Origin: Ignavibacteriota bacterium
GTDB taxonomy: Bacteria; Bacteroidota; Ignavibacteria; UBA10030
DNA: 62,974 nucleotides
NCBI GenBank assembly: GCA_003162695.1
Contig: PMML01000029.1
Span: forward strand, 9,613-72,586
Direction: 5' to 3'
The notes under the pieces were generated by a model, which did no database searches, had not been told where the DNA came from, and saw only the letters and a list, made by a program, of their open reading frames with translations. The translations under genes were made by a program, and so were the position numbers. This document shows positions 29,534 to 39,030 of this stretch, piece by piece. How positions within the stretch are numbered: position 1 is the first letter of the stretch; each line of letters starts with the position of its first letter.

Positions 29534-30438
29534 TGGCAGACCGACCGTCGATAAAATCCGGGGCACAGCCGGCAGAAAAAATTTACGGCTCCCTTATCGA
29601 ATACGGTAAAGTCATAGCTCTCACGCTTCTCGTTGCTCTCGCTCTCAAAGCGTTCGTCATCGACGCGTACAGCATTCCATCCCGCTCGATGGAAAACACT
29701 CTCTCTGTGGGGGATTATCTCCTTGTAGATAAGCTGGCATACGGCATTCACACACCGCGTCATTTCGAGTTTATTAATAAGGCGCTTCCTTCCTTTGCTC
29801 TCCCATTCTGGCGGCATATTCACCGGAACGACGTTATCGTATTCGAATATCCGGGCGCATGCGGCGAAGTGACGCCGGGGGAATACGAAAATTATGTCAA
29901 ACGATGCGTCGCCCTGCCGGGCGATTCGCTTCTTCTTTTGAACGGAGATGTCTTTGTCAACGGCACACCCCTTCCGCTTCCTCTCAAAGCGATTCCTACT
30001 CTTCATACTAAAAATGCTTCATGGCAAAGATCCGGCGATATGTTTCCCGTCAACAGCGGTTTTACCGATGTCAATTACGGACCAATCCGCATTCCGCGGC
30101 GCGGCGATGTCATCCTGCTGAGTGCATCGGCGATCGATGTATGGAATGTTTTCATACGCCGCGAAGGACACATTCCTGCAATGGCAAACGATTCAGTCGT
30201 GACCATTGACGGCAGGCCTGCCTGTTCGTATAAAGTCGAACGGAATTATTATTTTGTCCTCGGCGACAACCGGGATAACAGCCTGGACAGCCGTTTTTGG
30301 GGATTTGTCCCGGAAGACAACATCATCGGCGAAGCACTTATCATCTATTGGTCGTGGGATCAGGATGCCCCTGTCCGCTCCCTCTCTGATAAATTTGCAA
30401 CAATCAGATGGAACAGGGTAGGCACGATAATAAACTAA
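29533..30438 (+). CDS. lepB: Signal peptidase I (paralog 2)
   Basis: IPSRSME, YVKRC and GDNRDNSLDSRFWG; the ATG overlaps the stop of paralog 1 (TAATG). Confidence 0.92.
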   Translation: MADRPSIKSGAQPAEKIYGSLIEYGKVIALTLLVALALKAFVIDAYSIPSRSMENTLSVGDYLLVDKLAYGIHTPRHFEFINKALPSFALPFWRHIHRNDVIVFEYPGACGEVTPGEYENYVKRCVALPGDSLLLLNGDVFVNGTPLPLPLKAIPTLHTKNASWQRSGDMFPVNSGFTDVNYGPIRIPRRGDVILLSASAIDVWNVFIRREGHIPAMANDSVVTIDGRPACSYKVERNYYFVLGDNRDNSLDSRFWGFVPEDNIIGEALIIYWSWDQDAPVRSLSDKFATIRWNRVGTIIN

Positions 30439-30439
30439 G

Positions 30440-30557
30440 TCAGAATAAGAACTGAGAATGAAGAATAAAGAATATTACATTTATACAATAACTTTCTTCT
30501 TGTTTTTTCTTTTATCCTTTGGTTATTCTGAATACTTCATTCTGAATTCTTCATTCT
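30440..30557. repeat. Inverted pair of heptamer arrays (AGAATRA... / ...TYATTCT)
   Basis: cagaata agaactg agaatga agaataa agaatat at 30441-30475 versus ttattct gaatact tcattct gaattct tcattct at 30523-30557. Confidence 0.65.
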
Positions 30558-30562
30558 GAAAA

Positions 30563-31717
30563 ATGTCCGGTTTATACATTCATATTCCTTTTTGCGAGCA
30601 TAAGTGCATTTACTGCGACTTTTATTCATTGGCGCCTGCGGTTCCGTCGGATCAAGATCAATCGCAAACCACGATGATCGCCCGTTTTTTGGCCTGCCTC
30701 GATCATGAAATCGATCTTCAGGGAGAGAAATTTAAGTCTGATGATGCATATCAAACCGTCTTCTTCGGCGGGGGAACACCTTCTCTCCTGACACCGGCCG
30801 CTGTCGGAAAAATTCTCAAAAAACTTTCTGCGAAATTTTCCATCCATCCGGACGCAGAAATCACGCTGGAAACGAATCCCGGCACTGTCGATGTGCAGAA
30901 GCTGAAAAATTTTCGTGATGCTGGCATTAATCGTTTAAGTGTCGGCATACAATCATTTCACGACGGCGATCTTCGCTTTTTGACGCGCATCCATTCATCC
31001 GAAACAGCACGCTCCTGCATTCGTGATGCATTCGAGGCGGGTTTCGAAGATGTGAGCATCGATCTTATTTTTTCACTTCCCCGGCAAACACCCGAACGAT
31101 GGCGCTTCAATCTTGAACAGGCGGTCGCTCTCCGGCCGACGCATCTTTCGTGTTATAGCTTAATTGTGGAACCCGGTACGCCTCTGTTTTCGATGGTACG
31201 CAATAAGCTGATCACTCCCCTGGAACCCGAAGCCGATGCCGGACTGTACCTATCAACGATCGAATTTCTCTCCGAGCACGGCTACAGACAGTATGAAGTA
31301 TCGAATTTTGCGAAGCCCGGATTCGAATCTCGTCACAATAAGAATTACTGGAACCATACTCCTTACCTCGGATTCGGTCCTTCGGCGCATTCATACAAAG
31401 ACCGGAAACGGTGGTGGAATATTTCCGATCTTGGATTGTATAGCGAGATGCTCGAACGCGGACAGCTTCCGCTGGCTGGAAGCGAGGATCTCACCGGCCG
31501 TCAATTACAGGAGGAAACAATTTTTCTCGGACTCCGAAGCGGCGGAATCGACCTTGAAAAATACCGGGAGCAATTCGGATACGATCTGCTGGAAACATAC
31601 AAAAAATCAGCCGATTCATGCATACGGGACGGATTGGCTTTTCTTCAGGGAAACTGCTTTTCGCTGACGGCACGCGGCTATGCTCTCTGCGATGAGATTT
31701 GCCTGCTCTTCCGATAG
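30563..31717 (+). CDS. hemW: Radical SAM heme chaperone HemW
   Basis: LYIHIPFCEHKCIYCDF, FFGGGTPS, ETNP, GIQSF, YEVSNF and HNKNYW motifs. Confidence 0.92.
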   Translation: MSGLYIHIPFCEHKCIYCDFYSLAPAVPSDQDQSQTTMIARFLACLDHEIDLQGEKFKSDDAYQTVFFGGGTPSLLTPAAVGKILKKLSAKFSIHPDAEITLETNPGTVDVQKLKNFRDAGINRLSVGIQSFHDGDLRFLTRIHSSETARSCIRDAFEAGFEDVSIDLIFSLPRQTPERWRFNLEQAVALRPTHLSCYSLIVEPGTPLFSMVRNKLITPLEPEADAGLYLSTIEFLSEHGYRQYEVSNFAKPGFESRHNKNYWNHTPYLGFGPSAHSYKDRKRWWNISDLGLYSEMLERGQLPLAGSEDLTGRQLQEETIFLGLRSGGIDLEKYREQFGYDLLETYKKSADSCIRDGLAFLQGNCFSLTARGYALCDEICLLFR

Positions 31718-31863
31718 CGTTCTCCCCGGGCCGAGGAGTCCGCAAACCGCGGCAGCCGTGCACAAAATCCCTGGAATGGCCTGTGCCGGTACACTATAAG
31801 CAATCCTCCGGTGTTTATTATTATTAGCCGCAATGATCATTGCGTTATGCCCATTGAATATTC

Positions 31864-31892
31864 TTGAAGTTCAAGCCTTTTCATCCTACATT
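31864..31892 (+). promoter_or_regulatory. Sigma70-like promoter of the DUF2723-GT9 unit
   Basis: TTGAAG-N17-TACATT. Confidence 0.45.
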
Positions 31893-31907
31893 AAACCTGC
31901 TTTAATT

Positions 31908-34610
31908 ATGAGACTCCCAGAAAATATAATGGAAGAAAAAATCAACCGATGGATTGCAGCCGGTGTGTTTGCAATTTCATTTGCGACGTACCTGTTAACG
32001 CTTGCTCCGACCGTTCTCTTCTGGGATGTCGGTGAAATTTGCGCTGCCGCCTTTTCTCTACAGGTACCGCATGCACCCGGAGCGCCGCTTTTTCTGCTTT
32101 TAGCGCGCATTGCGGCGATGATTCCATTTTTTTACGATCCCGCCGCCCGCATGCATCTCCTTTGCGCTGCAGCGAGCGGCCTGACCTGTGCGATCCTGTA
32201 CGATATCATCGTAAAAATTCTTCGGCGCCTGATGGAAGATCACGCATTGCCGGCCGATAATTTTATTCTTTACGGTTCCGGATGTATTGGAGCCCTTTCA
32301 CTGGCCTTTTCAAAAACTTTCTGGCAGAATGCCGTTCAAACGAACATCCCGGCCGTCAGCCTGTTCTTTTTCGCCGTCCTTCTCTGGCTGGGACTCCGAT
32401 GGTATTTGAGCGAAGAATCGGAGCAAAGTCCGAAACAAATTCTCCTCATCGCCTATGTAGCCGGATTGTCCGCAGGCGTACATTTGCTTTCCGCGTTGGC
32501 CGTCCTTCCGTTGTTTCTGCTGTGGTACGATAGATACCATGCATTTTCGAGGGAACATTTCATGCGGTTCGCAGCATATGCCTTTGTTCTTTTTTTTCTC
32601 ACCGGCGCCGGAGTTGTATCTATCCTTCCGTCGCTTCTCGGCGGTGAGTGCTTTGGAATCAAGAGTTCATTCTTCTCGTTCTTACCACCGATCATTCTTC
32701 TTTCCGCTCTTTTCGGAATTTATGAGTGTTACCGGCGCCGGTATGAGGGACTCCGCATGATCATTCTTTGTTTTCTTTTCGTCGTCCTCGGATCGTCGAC
32801 TTCCGCCCTCATCTTGATCCGTGCACAGGCGAACCCTCCGATCAATGAAACAAATCCCAGTTCGCTCTCGCGCTGGGCGTTATATTCCAACCGGGAAGAA
32901 TGGATCACGACACCTGTCCTGAATCGCCGATGGGACACCGAACCTGAGAAGCAAACGTTTTATAAACAATATACGAGCGACTTCGATTATTTCCTCTCGT
33001 ACCAGACCGTTCATATGTATCTTCGATACCTGGGATGGAATTTCATCGGCAGCGAGGGAAATTTCAGCGATGCCGGAATACGATGGCGTCAGTTCTTTTT
33101 TATCCCGGCGCTGTTCGGTCTGCTCGGCATTTATAAATTATGGCGGGCGCATATTCCTCTGGCCTCCGCTCTGACACTTCTTTTTCTGTTATCCGGAGTT
33201 TGTCTTGCCTGGGCTCAAAATCAACAGGGCCCGCAGCCGCATGAATATGATATTTTATACGGCGGGTCATTTTTGATTTTTTCTCTATGGATTGGAATTG
33301 GAATTAGCACAGCGGCGATATTTATAAAAAATGCATTTGCCGATCCACGGAAACAGCAGAGATCCGTCTACGGAGCGCTTTCTCTCGCATTTTTCTTCGT
33401 GCCTGTAAATATGTTCGCAGTCAACTATGCTTCCTCGAATCAAAAAGACAACTACGTCGCTTATGATTACGCTTACAACCTCCTGCAGAGCTGCGAGAAC
33501 GATGCTGTTCTCATCACAAACGGCGACAATGATACATTTCCTCTCTGGTATCTCCAAAACGTCGGCGGTATCCGGCGGGACATCCGGGTCGTCAATTTGA
33601 CCTTACTCAATAATTCGTGGTATGCCCTGCAGTTAAAACACAATTCACCGTACGGAGCAAAGCCTGTTCCTTTCTTATCAACAGATGCGGAATTGGAAGA
33701 CCTGCAGCCCGTGAAATTCGAACCGCAAATGATAGAAATCCCGATCGACAGCGTGACGGTTCAAAGCTATCGCAGCGGCTATCCTTTTACATCAGCCGAT
33801 TCTTCGGTATTAAAACGGGGAATATTCAGGTTTTTCATGCCGAATACAATTTTGCAAGGACAGCTCAAAGGGCTTCGTCCTCAGGATGTTCTGCTATTCG
33901 ATATTGTGAAAACCGCCGGCTTCCACCGGCCGATTTACTTCGCGTCAAGCGTGCCGCCGAACGGAACGCTCGGACTGCGCAATCATTTGCAGATGCTCGG
34001 ACTTGCCTACAAGCTGGTTCCGTACTCCACCGTTTATTCGTGGCCGGACACGGCCGAACGGATCGTTTCAGCGAATCTTTTCAATACAGCATATAAATTG
34101 TCCAAAATTCCTCAGCATGGATTTTCCTGGAGAGGATTTCAATCCAAAACGAACTCACCGTATGAAGGAACCGTGCAGATGGCTGTTGCGAATTATCGAA
34201 ATATGTTTTTTCGCTATGCTGTGCAAGCGATGAATGTTCAGCACCAACCGGAAAAAGCATCTCGCATCCTCGATCGCATGGAAGAGATTATGCCGCGCCG
34301 GTCGGTAGGAATGAATTATAAGATAAAATACGACATTGCATCATTCTATCATTCTCTTCACAATCGTGAACGCACAGATGAGCTGCTTCATGAACTTGTA
34401 GACGAGCTAAAAGTAACGACAGCCCGGCGTGTTCAGGAAGCGTTTTCCGGTTATAATTCATATATCGTTCTTTTTACATGTTACAGGGAATTGCAGCAGC
34501 CGAAGGAGGCCGAAGCAGTCCTGGCGCTTCTTCAGTCCGTTTACGGGACGGATTCGGGAGTCGAAGAGGTGATAGCTCAAATGCGCAGACAAATACCAGC
34601 AAAGCCATAA
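31908..34610 (+). CDS. DUF2723 family polytopic membrane protein (GT-C-fold, protein O-mannosyltransferase-like)
   Basis: PTVLFWDVGE, HAPGAPLF, GVHL, many TM segments and GDNDTFPLWYLQ. Confidence 0.85.
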   Translation: MRLPENIMEEKINRWIAAGVFAISFATYLLTLAPTVLFWDVGEICAAAFSLQVPHAPGAPLFLLLARIAAMIPFFYDPAARMHLLCAAASGLTCAILYDIIVKILRRLMEDHALPADNFILYGSGCIGALSLAFSKTFWQNAVQTNIPAVSLFFFAVLLWLGLRWYLSEESEQSPKQILLIAYVAGLSAGVHLLSALAVLPLFLLWYDRYHAFSREHFMRFAAYAFVLFFLTGAGVVSILPSLLGGECFGIKSSFFSFLPPIILLSALFGIYECYRRRYEGLRMIILCFLFVVLGSSTSALILIRAQANPPINETNPSSLSRWALYSNREEWITTPVLNRRWDTEPEKQTFYKQYTSDFDYFLSYQTVHMYLRYLGWNFIGSEGNFSDAGIRWRQFFFIPALFGLLGIYKLWRAHIPLASALTLLFLLSGVCLAWAQNQQGPQPHEYDILYGGSFLIFSLWIGIGISTAAIFIKNAFADPRKQQRSVYGALSLAFFFVPVNMFAVNYASSNQKDNYVAYDYAYNLLQSCENDAVLITNGDNDTFPLWYLQNVGGIRRDIRVVNLTLLNNSWYALQLKHNSPYGAKPVPFLSTDAELEDLQPVKFEPQMIEIPIDSVTVQSYRSGYPFTSADSSVLKRGIFRFFMPNTILQGQLKGLRPQDVLLFDIVKTAGFHRPIYFASSVPPNGTLGLRNHLQMLGLAYKLVPYSTVYSWPDTAERIVSANLFNTAYKLSKIPQHGFSWRGFQSKTNSPYEGTVQMAVANYRNMFFRYAVQAMNVQHQPEKASRILDRMEEIMPRRSVGMNYKIKYDIASFYHSLHNRERTDELLHELVDELKVTTARRVQEAFSGYNSYIVLFTCYRELQQPKEAEAVLALLQSVYGTDSGVEEVIAQMRRQIPAKP

Positions 34611-34626
34611 AATTCCGGAGGAAGCG

Positions 34627-35727
34627 TTGGCCGGCATTCAAAAGATAAAAAATATTTTAATTGTTTCATTTTCGGGCATCGGCGATGCCGTCATGTTTAC
34701 CCCTGCTTTGCATCTTCTACGGACATCATTTCCCGAAGCACGCATCGATTTGTTATGCATGTTCAAAGGGGTCGAAGAAATTTACCAGCGCAACAAGGAA
34801 ATTCAGACTATTTACCGGCGGGACTTTCTCCATGCACCGATCCTGTCCTCTCTCCGCTTTATCCTCTCTCTTCGGAAACGGTATGATGTAAGCATCAGCG
34901 TTTATCCGGCCAATCGGTGGGAATATAATATCATCAATTTCTTAATCGGTGCGAAACTGCGCCTGGGACATGAATACAACCATTACAATTTTGCATCGCT
35001 GTATTTCCTCAACAACAAACGAGTCAAAGAAAACGACTCTTTGCACAACGTCATCGAGAACGTCGAACTTGTCAAACTGCTTCCCGTTGCCCCGGCTGAA
35101 GAAGTTTCTCCGCTGAACATCCAATGCACGCAAGAGGATCGAAAGTCAGCGCAAGAGTGGCTTCAGCAAAAGGGCATCTCCGAAAATTCGTTTCTCGTCG
35201 GATTTCATGCAGGATCCGCTGAATTTAAGAATCAACTTCGGCGGCGGTGGGCTCCGGAAAAATATTCGTCAATCGGCCTCTGGCTTAAGGAACAACACAA
35301 CGCTTCAATACTTCTCTTCGGCGGAACCGATGAACTGGCGCTCAATCAAAAGATCAATGCCGGCATGAACAACAGCGGGCATATTGTTCAGACATCTTTT
35401 ATGACGACGGCGGCATTGATGGAGCGATGCACTTTTTTTCTCTGCAACGATACGGGACTTATGCATGTGGCTGCTGGATTACAGGTACCGGTCGTTACCA
35501 TTTTCGCATTTACGAACCCGGCATACGTGTATCCGTGGAAATCGCGCTATACGATGGTACGACATGAATTAGAATGCAGCCCTTGCTTTTATTATTCTCC
35601 GCGTCATGCAAATTGCCGGTGGAAGGAAGATCGATTTCGATGTATAACTCATATCGAAGTGGACGAAGTGAAAGCGGCGATAGAAAAGATGCTGAAGGAA
35701 GGTATGGGCTTAGTTCGTAGTTCGTAG
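34627..35727 (+). CDS. Glycosyltransferase family 9 (heptosyltransferase-like)
   Basis: SGIGDAV, HAGS...RRW, CNDTGLMHVAAGL and C-terminal CSPC motifs. Confidence 0.9.
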   Translation: MAGIQKIKNILIVSFSGIGDAVMFTPALHLLRTSFPEARIDLLCMFKGVEEIYQRNKEIQTIYRRDFLHAPILSSLRFILSLRKRYDVSISVYPANRWEYNIINFLIGAKLRLGHEYNHYNFASLYFLNNKRVKENDSLHNVIENVELVKLLPVAPAEEVSPLNIQCTQEDRKSAQEWLQQKGISENSFLVGFHAGSAEFKNQLRRRWAPEKYSSIGLWLKEQHNASILLFGGTDELALNQKINAGMNNSGHIVQTSFMTTAALMERCTFFLCNDTGLMHVAAGLQVPVVTIFAFTNPAYVYPWKSRYTMVRHELECSPCFYYSPRHANCRWKEDRFRCITHIEVDEVKAAIEKMLKEGMGLVRSS

Positions 35728-35766
35728 TTCTTGGTTCTTGGTACTTGGTTTTTAGTCCTTCATTCT
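35711..35766. repeat. Eight-unit heptamer tandem array
   Basis: tagttcg tagttcg tagttct tggttct tggtact tggtttt tagtcct tcattct. Confidence 0.75.
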
Positions 35767-35776
35767 TATAAATTGT

Positions 35777-36196
35777 TCATTTTTCTTTTTGAATCGACAG
35801 CGGTTTGCCCTTCTCCCCCATATAAAAAGCTATGAGGACAACATTCTCGCTTCCCTTGTTGATACCGTTATGAAATGTATTTTGCACCTCCGAAAAAGAC
35901 GAATTTTCCGGAAATTGGAAGACTTTTCCGTTTTCCATTTCAACCGTTAATGTTCCCTTTAATACATATGCAAAGACGGGAACTTCATGTTTGTGCCAGC
36001 CCGTCGATCTGCCTGGCGGGATAGTCACTTTCAATATCGTTACTTCGGCATCTTGACTTTGGGGATAACTGATTTTCTGACCGATCGAAGTTGTGTCGGT
36101 TTTCAATAATGGCTCTATGATAACATCTTTATCGTATTGCGCGTATGCATGAACAGAGAAGATAAATATGTATGCAGTCAGGATAAGCTTTTTCAT
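35777..36196 (-). CDS. Secreted cupin domain protein
   Basis: Signal peptide (VHAYA-Q); PPGRSTGWHKH, YVLKGTL, FSE and HNG cupin motifs. Confidence 0.85.
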   Translation of the reverse strand: MKKLILTAYIFIFSVHAYAQYDKDVIIEPLLKTDTTSIGQKISYPQSQDAEVTILKVTIPPGRSTGWHKHEVPVFAYVLKGTLTVEMENGKVFQFPENSSFSEVQNTFHNGINKGSENVVLIAFYMGEKGKPLSIQKEK

Positions 36197-36245
36197 GGTG
36201 ATCTCTTCTTATCGTTCAACATCCAAGGTTCAACATTGATTGGTT

Positions 36246-36322
36246 TTTCAGTAATTCAGTTTTACTGTTTGGCGGTTTCCGTTTAGTGTTTACAATTTAC
36301 CGTTCATTGTTCATTGCTGATT
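36246..36322. repeat. Degenerate heptamer array overlapping the LOG gene 3' end
   Basis: gtttggc ggtttcc gtttagt gtttaca atttacc gttcatt gttcatt gctgatt. Confidence 0.6.
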
Positions 36323-36839
36323 GTAAAAAATCCGCACATTCTCGCGGTGAAGAAACACGATGGATAATTTTCGTGCAATCGCCGATTCCCTCCCACAGCA
36401 GTTCTTCCTGCAGCGTCGTTACGACACGCTGCCAGAAATCACCGATCAAGACAATCGGCTTTTCCCGCATTATTCCCTTATTGACATACTCCCATACCGC
36501 GGCAAGTTCAAGAAGCGTGCCGGTTCCGCCTTTCAGAACAACATATGCATCTCCCAGCTCGACAAGCTTCAGCATCCGGTCAATTAATTGAGGAATGTGA
36601 ACAACCTCATCGATCCATTGATTCGGTTTACGTCCGTTTCTATCGAACGTCACGCCGATGGTTTTTCCGCCGGCTTCTTTCGCACCGCGTGCCGAAGCTT
36701 CCATCATTCCGCCGAATCCGCCGTTGCAAAGAATAAAACCAGCGGAGGCAAGTTCCCTGCCAAGATTATATGCAATCATGTACTCCGGGGAGTCTTTTTC
36801 CTGTCGAGCGCTTCCGAAAACTGTAATGATTTTTGCCAT
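36297..36839 (-). CDS. LOG family protein (lysine-decarboxylase-like/phosphoribohydrolase)
   Basis: ITVFGSA, GGFGGMMEA, RMLKLV and GGTGTLLEL motifs. Confidence 0.88.
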   Translation of the reverse strand: MAKIITVFGSARQEKDSPEYMIAYNLGRELASAGFILCNGGFGGMMEASARGAKEAGGKTIGVTFDRNGRKPNQWIDEVVHIPQLIDRMLKLVELGDAYVVLKGGTGTLLELAAVWEYVNKGIMREKPIVLIGDFWQRVVTTLQEELLWEGIGDCTKIIHRVSSPRECADFLQSAMNNER

Positions 36840-36884
36840 TTGAAAATAGTGATTTAGTTCAATGCGCTGCCGTGAAGCTGTTTA

Positions 36885-36955
36885 ATAGTTCTTAGTTGGT
36901 AGGAGTTATAAGCAATTCTTCTGTTCTATGGTTCCGTTCACAGTTCACTGCTTTT
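36885..36955. repeat. Degenerate heptamer repeats
   Basis: tagttct tagttgg ... cgttcac agttcac. Confidence 0.4.
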
Positions 36956-36957
36956 AC

Positions 36958-39030
36958 TCAGTCCAAAAAATCCCAGTGGACGCCGAGTCGGAAATGCCTG
37001 CCGGGCATCGGATAGATCGGCGCGAGAATATAATTAATCCCGAAAATGTTTGCCCATGTTACGGAAAGGTGTGCATCGCCTACCTTTAGAATTGCAAAAA
37101 GATCGACCGTTGAGCATCGTCCGAGTATGAACGAATGAGATTCCGAAAACACCATCGTCTCCGGATCCGGCTGCTCGCCGTTTTCCCGGTTGTAGAACGT
37201 AGATCGAAGGCCAAATTTTGCATCGAGCGCTTTTTTAAAAAAGAGATCGCGGTACGAAAATTCCCCGGAAAGAATAACATCCGGCATGAGCGTTTTCAAA
37301 GTATCATCTTCTTTGTACTTTGACAGCGTCATCACGCCGTACGCTTCAAACGCTCCCAGCTTCCATCGGAAGCTTCCGGTTATCCCCTGCACATCGATCT
37401 TACCGACATTGCGCACTTCGAGTGCCGCGGTACCGTTGTTTGTCTGCCAAGGTTGGTACAGAATAGCATTGTTTATGGTTCGTTGAAAAACTTCGAGATT
37501 GATTGAAATATCATTGGATGGATGGAAAAGAAATCCGCCCCGTAGAAAAATATGCTGTTCTTTTTTCAAGGCATCCGGGCCGCGGATGAGCAGGGAATCC
37601 GTCCAGTATTGTTCCTGAATGCTCGGGAAACGATCGTACCAGGAACTCTTTGCATACACAGAAAAATAATCTGAAGGCACGGCGGTCACGCCGAGTCCCA
37701 GCAAAGAACCATCTTGACCTCCAACCCATTCCCGGCGTAAAACGATTTCCGGCTGCAGCATGGAAACAGAATCTACTGAGCCCTGAATATACACTGCGGA
37801 TTGAACCTGGTCCGGAACATAATACAATTGAGCGGATGGATCCACGGCTGTTTTTTGCCATTGATACCCAAATCTCCCCCGTATAAAAGGCAGGCATAAA
37901 TCCTGGCGAAAATCAAATCCTTGCATAACGGCTGAATTTTCTTGCCGAATAGTGACCGCCGAAAACGGATTATCATATTCCCGGTTCGTGTTCGTATAAA
38001 AGACATTCAGCTTTGTCGTCGATGTAGAATCGGGCAGAAGACGTGCAACGGCTGCAAAAGTCAGGTCCTGCCGTGAGTAGATATCGTAAGCGGAAGAATT
38101 GTTCGGAAGCGCATTACTTGGAAGGTACGCATATTGATCGAGGAGGATACCATAATTCAAGCCGTTCGTCGCTTTTGTGTAGAAATCGCTGAGCGAAATA
38201 TTTACACGGTCGGAAATATTATACCGCAAGCGAGTTCGAATGTTCCATGCATCGAGTGCGGCGTTGGGATAGTTCCCGTTGGTCACTGTCCGGTCGAATG
38301 CCGCCATGAGGTTCAATCCCCGTGCAATATTTTGCGTGTAAAGAAAATCTGTCAGAAGATCTTCCTCCGGATCCTGAACGAACCGAACTTTGGTAACCGG
38401 CCGTACGGAATTATACGACCGGGAGACAAAGTTGACGGCAACGTCGTTCGGCGATGCTCCGTTCTCGGAACCGGAAAGAATTTCCACTTCGTCTAAAAAC
38501 TCGAGCGGCATATCGTTGAAGTTATATCTTCCAGTGATAGGATCGTTCATCGGACGGCCGTCCAGAAGCACGCTGATGCGCCGGTCGTCGGTACCGTATG
38601 CATTCAACTGTCCGTATTTGCCTGCTTCCCCAAGTCCGCGATAAAAAAATCCGGGAAGCTTCCAAAACACATCTCCAAGAGTTTTGGAATCTGTCCAGAG
38701 AAGCTGATCCCGATATAAAGCGTTTTCGGTATCAGTTGCGGCTGTTAGTTTGCCGATGCCCTGAATAAATCTGACAACCGTCACATCTTTTATGTGCACG
38801 GTATCCAGATGCGTTTTTCGAAGCGAATCAGAACCGGCAATGCGTCCTTTCCGCAGTGAATCAGGAACAAACGGATGTATTGAAGATCGCGTCGAATCAG
38901 TTTTTATAAAATGCGCGGTGTCGGCAGCAGAACTATTGGGCAGAAGAGTATGCTGCTCATGCTGCGCCTGCATCGGACTGGACAGCATACAGTAGAGGAG
39001 TGCATAGAGGAAAAAGGAATATTTAGTCAT
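36958..39030 (-). CDS. Outer-membrane beta-barrel with a TonB-receptor plug domain (putative-porin type)
   Basis: Signal peptide; plug-like VLLDGRPMND...EVEILSG; C-terminal RLGVHWDFLD. The start could be 39030 or 39039. Confidence 0.7.
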   Translation of the reverse strand: MTKYSFFLYALLYCMLSSPMQAQHEQHTLLPNSSAADTAHFIKTDSTRSSIHPFVPDSLRKGRIAGSDSLRKTHLDTVHIKDVTVVRFIQGIGKLTAATDTENALYRDQLLWTDSKTLGDVFWKLPGFFYRGLGEAGKYGQLNAYGTDDRRISVLLDGRPMNDPITGRYNFNDMPLEFLDEVEILSGSENGASPNDVAVNFVSRSYNSVRPVTKVRFVQDPEEDLLTDFLYTQNIARGLNLMAAFDRTVTNGNYPNAALDAWNIRTRLRYNISDRVNISLSDFYTKATNGLNYGILLDQYAYLPSNALPNNSSAYDIYSRQDLTFAAVARLLPDSTSTTKLNVFYTNTNREYDNPFSAVTIRQENSAVMQGFDFRQDLCLPFIRGRFGYQWQKTAVDPSAQLYYVPDQVQSAVYIQGSVDSVSMLQPEIVLRREWVGGQDGSLLGLGVTAVPSDYFSVYAKSSWYDRFPSIQEQYWTDSLLIRGPDALKKEQHIFLRGGFLFHPSNDISINLEVFQRTINNAILYQPWQTNNGTAALEVRNVGKIDVQGITGSFRWKLGAFEAYGVMTLSKYKEDDTLKTLMPDVILSGEFSYRDLFFKKALDAKFGLRSTFYNRENGEQPDPETMVFSESHSFILGRCSTVDLFAILKVGDAHLSVTWANIFGINYILAPIYPMPGRHFRLGVHWDFLD

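Noticed and set aside
35711-35766. Heptamer arrays as a CRISPR or coding repeat
   Set aside because: The units are 7 nt with no unique spacers and there are no cas genes.
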